Below are positions 58,696 through 64,000 of a stretch of DNA of 64,000 bases, in pieces. The stretch lies in contig JAZNFC010000050.1 of NCBI GenBank assembly GCA_045588935.1, forward strand, positions 12,370 to 76,369, in the 5' to 3' direction. The notes beneath the pieces were generated by a model. It did not search any database. It had not been told where the DNA came from and was given only the letters and a program-made list of their open reading frames with translations. The stretch's first letter is position 1. Each line of letters begins with the position of its first letter. Made by a program: the position numbers and the translations under genes. The stretch comes from Alistipes sp. Lineage in GTDB: Bacteria; Bacteroidota; Bacteroidia; Bacteroidales; Rikenellaceae.

Positions 58696-59115
58696 ATGGG
58701 ATATTTAAGAATTATATTCTACGGCATATTATCGTTCATCGAGCGCAACCCAATCTTCACGCTCTTCATCGTGATATTGGCATTCGTCGCTCCCTTTGTT
58801 ATACGTTGGGCATTATGGGTTATCCTCGGCATCTTGGTCGCCGGACTCATCGCTCTACTCCTCTTCATGTGGCGTATGCGCAAGATGCAACGCGAGATGA
58901 ACTCACAATTTAAGCAGAGTGCCGGAGCTGCAGGCTTCAACACCAACTTCGCCGGCTTTAACACACAAGGCATGACCCTCGAGGAGTTTGTACGACAGAT
59001 GCAGGCACAGGCCGATGCAAACCAAAAGAAGAACACCTCGACACAAAAGAGCAACACCACGAAGAAGAGCTCGGTAGACTCGGCCGACTACGTCGATTTC
59101 GAGGAGATAAAATAA
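58696..59115 (+). CDS. Hypothetical membrane protein (DUF4834-like)
   Basis: Two N-terminal hydrophobic helices, a polar tail and C-terminal DYVDFEEIK. Confidence 0.7.
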   Translation: MGYLRIIFYGILSFIERNPIFTLFIVILAFVAPFVIRWALWVILGILVAGLIALLLFMWRMRKMQREMNSQFKQSAGAAGFNTNFAGFNTQGMTLEEFVRQMQAQADANQKKNTSTQKSNTTKKSSVDSADYVDFEEIK

Positions 59116-59140
59116 CCAAGAGGATTAACTGATACCTATA

Positions 59141-59884
59141 ATGATAAAGCTATTTGAAAATATAGGCCGCTATTGTCTGCTCATGGGCAAGGTCTTCTCA
59201 CGTCCCGAGAAGCTAGGCATATACTATAAAAAAGTGTGGTTCGAAATCGAGGCGCTCGGGTTCAACTCTATATCGCTCACGGCCATAATCTCGACATTTA
59301 TCGGTGCTGTTGTGGCACTGCAGATGGCCATCACGCTGGAGTCACCCTTCATTCCGAAGTTTATGATTGGCTACTCGACACGTGAGGTTATGGTCTTGGA
59401 GTTCTCATCTACCGTCGTGGCACTTATCCTTGCAGGTAAGGTCGGTTCGAACATCGCCTCGGAGATTGGCACGATGCGCATCACCGAGCAGATTGACGCA
59501 TTAGAGATTATGGGTGTCAATTCCGCCTCATATCTTGTTCTTCCGAAGATTATAGCTACGGTTATCTTCTTCCCTATATTGACACTCTTCAGTATTATCG
59601 TAGGCATCTTGGGAGGTTACGCCATTGCTGCACTCACGGGCATCATGATTCCGGGCGACTATGTCGAGGGTTTGTTCTACTATTTCGAGCCCTTCTCCAT
59701 AACCTATGCCTTGGTCAAGGGCGCCGTCTTCGCCTTTATCATCACCTCGATATCGGCCTACTGTGGCTACTACGCCAAGGGGAACTCCTTGGAGGTGGGT
59801 CGCGCCTCGACACGTGCTGTTGTGTCGAGCTCGATTACCATCATGGTATTTGATCTTATACTAACACAAATTATGCGCGTATGA
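59141..59884 (+). CDS. mlaE: MlaE-family ABC transporter permease
   Basis: LAGKVGSNIASEIGTMRITEQIDALEIMG and VGRASTRAVV motifs. Confidence 0.94.
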   Translation: MIKLFENIGRYCLLMGKVFSRPEKLGIYYKKVWFEIEALGFNSISLTAIISTFIGAVVALQMAITLESPFIPKFMIGYSTREVMVLEFSSTVVALILAGKVGSNIASEIGTMRITEQIDALEIMGVNSASYLVLPKIIATVIFFPILTLFSIIVGILGGYAIAALTGIMIPGDYVEGLFYYFEPFSITYALVKGAVFAFIITSISAYCGYYAKGNSLEVGRASTRAVVSSSITIMVFDLILTQIMRV

Positions 59885-60636
59885 TACGAGCAGACCACAT
59901 ATCGAAGGCCTTTGATGGCCGCACCGTGCTTGATGATATATCTATCGAGTTCGACACGGGAAAGACCAATCTTATAATCGGCCGCAGTGGCTCGGGTAAG
60001 ACCGTGTTGCTGAAGTCGCTTGTAGGCCTCCACGATGTCGATAAGGGTAAAATCTACTATGACAACACCTGCTATACCGACCTCGGCTTCCGTGAGCGTA
60101 AGGAGATACGCAAGGATATAGGCATGATATTTCAGGGAGGTGCGTTACTCGACTCCTCAACCGTGAGGGAGAATGTACGTCTGCCTCTCGACCTCTTCAC
60201 CGAGATGTCGGAGGGTGAGAAGCGCGACCGCGTGACCTTCTGTCTGGAGCGCGTACATCTTATTAATGCCGATCACCTCTACCCATCGGAGCTCTCGGGA
60301 GGTATGGTGAAGCGTGTAGCTATTGCTCGTGCCATTGTTCTTAACCCGCGTTACCTCTTCTGCGACGAACCCAACTCGGGCCTCGACCCGCAGACCTCGG
60401 TAGTCATCGACAACCTCATCCAGGATATTACCAAGGAGTTTAATATCACCACGATAATCAATACTCACGACATGAACTCGGTGATGGAGATTGGCGAAAA
60501 AATTGTTTATATCCACGAGGGTAAGAAGTGGTGGGAAGGCACAAAGGAGGATATTTTATATTCGGAGAATAAGGAGCTTAACGACTTTGTCTTCGCCTCG
60601 GCTATGGCGAAAAGAGCCAAGCATGTAGCCCGATAG
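59881..60636 (+). CDS. mlaF: MlaF-family ABC transporter ATP-binding protein
   Basis: GRSGSGKT, FQGGAL, LSGGMVKRVAIARA and CDEPNSGLDP motifs. Confidence 0.94.
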   Translation: MIRADHISKAFDGRTVLDDISIEFDTGKTNLIIGRSGSGKTVLLKSLVGLHDVDKGKIYYDNTCYTDLGFRERKEIRKDIGMIFQGGALLDSSTVRENVRLPLDLFTEMSEGEKRDRVTFCLERVHLINADHLYPSELSGGMVKRVAIARAIVLNPRYLFCDEPNSGLDPQTSVVIDNLIQDITKEFNITTIINTHDMNSVMEIGEKIVYIHEGKKWWEGTKEDILYSENKELNDFVFASAMAKRAKHVAR

Positions 60637-60666
60637 AGCGTTTTTTATTAAAACTTTTTAATTTCA

Positions 60667-60698
60667 TTTGTTTTTACGAGCAAAAGGATTTAAATTTG
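60667..60698 (+). promoter_or_regulatory. -33/-7 promoter for gap
   Basis: TTTG at 60667-60670 and TAAATTTG at 60691-60698. Confidence 0.7.
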
Positions 60699-60730
60699 TG
60701 GGCTGATTTAAGCGAGAGATAATTTATTAA

Positions 60731-61768
<1,038 letters not shown>

Positions 61769-61805
61769 TAGGAGTGCTTTGATAAAAAGGACAAGTCTGT
61801 CTAAC

Positions 61806-61849
61806 GAGGCCACTGAAAAATAGATACTTTTTCAGTGGCCTCATTTTTT
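61806..61849. terminator. Perfect 15-bp inverted repeat / terminator between convergent genes
   Basis: GAGGCCACTGAAAAA-tagatac-TTTTTCAGTGGCCTC followed by ATTTTTT. Confidence 0.8.
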
Positions 61850-61868
61850 ATTCACTCTTTGTAAGTGG

Positions 61869-62813
61869 CTATTGCTGATAGTTTGTGCGCAGATAGTCAC
61901 GTGCCGTAAAGCGCGTGGGACGTCGCTCACCCTCGATATTCTCCACCGTAGTGTGCGTGCGCAGGGTATTATCCTGCAAGACATACTCCTTGATAAACTG
62001 TAATATCAGGTCGCACTGCTGATATAGGGGTGTACCAGCCAGGCGATGATCCATATACTCCACCGAGTAGAAGAGATAGGGTGAGTCAAGCCTATCGAGC
62101 TGCTTGGCGATATAGCGCGAGCCATAGAAGCCTACACCCATGATGGATGCCTTATCGTAGGGGACATTACTATCCGACGTGCCGTGGAAGAGGAGCATGG
62201 GTGCGGGCTCACCCTTCATCCTCGGGCGACCATGGCGCGAGAAGAGAGCTCCGGCACATGACACCACACCCGCATATCGAAATCCCGCGGGGAGCACCTT
62301 GGCCGTCTCGGCACCTTTAGCGCGCAGATACTCCGCCTGCAGCGCAGTGATGGCACCGGCACTTGAGCCACTAACCATAATATAGTTGGGGTCAATACCC
62401 CACTCCTCGGCCCTCGCCAGCACAAAGTTTGTTGCAGCATACATATCCTCTACGGCGATAAGCACCGAGTTATCGAGAACGTCAATCATCTCCTTGATGC
62501 TCAACTTCTGCGTGATATTTTTCAGGCCCAAGCGATAGTCTATAGATACGGCATCTATGCCGGCGCGAGCCAACGACACGAAGTATGGATAGTAGTAGTC
62601 ACGAAAGCGCTCGCCACGTGCAAAGCCACCACCAAAGGCAAATATCATGCAGGGGCGTGGCTCATGACTCCCACCCTCGACATAGTAGCGGTCGAGATAT
62701 AGTTCCTCACCATTCTGCGTGGCATAGTGATATGTCTGCTTTATGACATCGGGCTGCGCATAGAGCTGCACGGCAGTGAGCAGTAGCGCAAAGATAAGTA
62801 TTACTCGCTTCAT
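61869..62813 (-). CDS. Secreted alpha/beta hydrolase (carboxylesterase-like)
   Basis: Signal LYA-Q; FGGGF, IDYRLG, nucleophile GSSAG and FHGTSD motifs. Confidence 0.9.
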   Translation of the reverse strand: MKRVILIFALLLTAVQLYAQPDVIKQTYHYATQNGEELYLDRYYVEGGSHEPRPCMIFAFGGGFARGERFRDYYYPYFVSLARAGIDAVSIDYRLGLKNITQKLSIKEMIDVLDNSVLIAVEDMYAATNFVLARAEEWGIDPNYIMVSGSSAGAITALQAEYLRAKGAETAKVLPAGFRYAGVVSCAGALFSRHGRPRMKGEPAPMLLFHGTSDSNVPYDKASIMGVGFYGSRYIAKQLDRLDSPYLFYSVEYMDHRLAGTPLYQQCDLILQFIKEYVLQDNTLRTHTTVENIEGERRPTRFTARDYLRTNYQQ

Positions 62814-62821
62814 ATTTTTCG

Positions 62822-63310
62822 TTATTTACTCCATTCGCCAATCTCCAGATTCTTAATCTCCCCCGCCTCGATATCGAAGCGTACGGCTGTGCGTACGGCG
62901 TGTATGCCATACTTGCCTGCAGCCCCGGGGTTGATATGCAACATATCGTATATCGGGTCATATATGACCTTGAGTATGTGCGAGTGCCCCGCAATAAATA
63001 GCTTGGGTCGCGCACCATGTATATGTTGCAGAGCCTTTGGGTGGTAGTTGCGCGGATAGCCTCCGATGTGTGTCATCAGCACCCTCACCCCTTCGACCTC
63101 GAAGTAGTTGAACTCATGAAACATACGGCGCATCACCCCACCGTCGATATTACCATATACCGCACGTAGTGGCTTAAATGCCGCAATGCAATCGGCAACC
63201 TCCACCGAGCCAAAGTCTCCTGCATGCCACACCTCATCACACGGTGCAAGAAACTCCTCTAACACCCTATCGAAGCAGCCATGCGTGTCGGATATTACGC
63301 CAATCTTCAT
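62822..63310 (-). CDS. YfcE-like metallophosphoesterase
   Basis: Start reassigned to MKIGVISDTHG; HAGDFG, GNID, GHSH and INPG motifs. Confidence 0.93.
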   Translation of the reverse strand: MKIGVISDTHGCFDRVLEEFLAPCDEVWHAGDFGSVEVADCIAAFKPLRAVYGNIDGGVMRRMFHEFNYFEVEGVRVLMTHIGGYPRNYHPKALQHIHGARPKLFIAGHSHILKVIYDPIYDMLHINPGAAGKYGIHAVRTAVRFDIEAGEIKNLEIGEWSK

Positions 63311-63425
63311 ACCGAAAAACAATTCTATAATACAAAGATACAAAAAGCATCTCCACTTTGCACCTTTTACGACTAAAAGTTACGTACTTTTATACATACC
63401 ATCTCTATGGCAAAGCGAGAACTCT

Positions 63426-63465
63426 AAAAAAGAGGCCTTGCCATTCTCACGAACAGCAAGGCCTC
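63426..63465 (-). terminator. Intrinsic terminator for the last gene
   Basis: GAGGCCTTGC...GCAAGGCCTC followed by TTTTTT on the minus strand. Confidence 0.75.
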
Positions 63466-63555
63466 CTTGTTAATGTTTTATGTGTATATATCTATCAAGG
63501 GATGATAGAGTACACTGTTATCTTGGTACTATTGTACCATTAGACCTAAATTTGT

Positions 63556-64000
63556 TTACTGTGCAATACCCGTCTTTGTTGTTCCGGTTTCAGTTACAAT
63601 ACTTGTAGTACCCAAGTAACTGATAAACTTAACATTCGCAGGAGTACCGTTCACCTTAACATTATTCTCTTCTGTTTCTCCCTTACTTGCATCGTAAGTA
63701 TAAGGGGTTGCTGCAACAGCATTGAATGTGTTGTTAGTTGCAGTTACGTCCACAATCGTTGAGCTACTTGAGCTAATACTGATAGCCGAAGCTGTTGATG
63801 AAGTACATTCAAGGTTGAAAGTACATCCTGTAACCTTAATAGTTCCCTCTACATAATTCTGCACATAGATAGGTGCCGAAGATGTAAGAGCATTGAAAGT
63901 ACAGCCCTCGAACTCTGCCTGGAAAGTACCCGTTTTTCCACTCATACCCTCAAAGAGAATCTGCGCATTATCAAATGTACAGTTCTTGAACTTGATAACG
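63556..64000 (-). CDS. C-terminal part of a probable beta-helix surface protein (truncated by window edge)
   Basis: The frame stays open to the window edge (VIKFKNCTFDN...FEGCTFN...VTGCTFN...TNNTFN), giving repeated parallel beta-helix-like units. Confidence 0.7.
   Translation of the reverse strand, partial: VIKFKNCTFDNAQILFEGMSGKTGTFQAEFEGCTFNALTSSAPIYVQNYVEGTIKVTGCTFNLECTSSTASAISISSSSSTIVDVTATNNTFNAVAATPYTYDASKGETEENNVKVNGTPANVKFISYLGTTSIVTETGTTKTGIAQ

Noticed and set aside
59141-60636. mlaE-mlaF without an adjacent mlaD
   Set aside because: This is a common arrangement in Bacteroidetes, where the MCE gene is often unlinked.

Overview
The window is chromosomal DNA from a Bacteroidales organism, most like Rikenellaceae/Alistipes. 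This is inferred from the gene set, the TAnnTTTG promoters, the SusC/SusD pairs and the alpha2-type GlyRS. Bases 1-19.4 kb and 58.7-64 kb are mostly housekeeping genes: infB/nusA/rimP, panB, folA/thyA, lpxH, def, yqgF, glyQS, radC, rnc, acpP, pepE, waaA, mlaEF and gap. The central ~39 kb (19.5-58.5 kb) holds two outward-facing SusC/SusD loci with no recognisable CAZymes. Together they encode four surface-lipoprotein subtilisins (S8) with intact catalytic triads. The left locus ends in three tandem [S8 protease + small lipocalin-like lipoprotein] modules. The right locus adds LRR/BACON lipoproteins plus a fourth S8 and lipocalin. Between the loci sit an Oar-type TonB receptor and the uncharacterised NifU-like/GGGtGRT pair. 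The best candidate for a new system is a protein/peptide-utilisation island built from amplified protease + putative cognate inhibitor/chaperone modules that share a TR[A/S/G] processing motif. Also seen: two families of interspersed palindromic repeats, a 27-bp coding VNTR, back-to-back promoters likely giving leaderless mRNAs, and an acpP-rnc locus lacking the usual fabF. No tRNA, rRNA, CRISPR array or transposase was detected. All family assignments come from reading motifs by eye, not from database searches.
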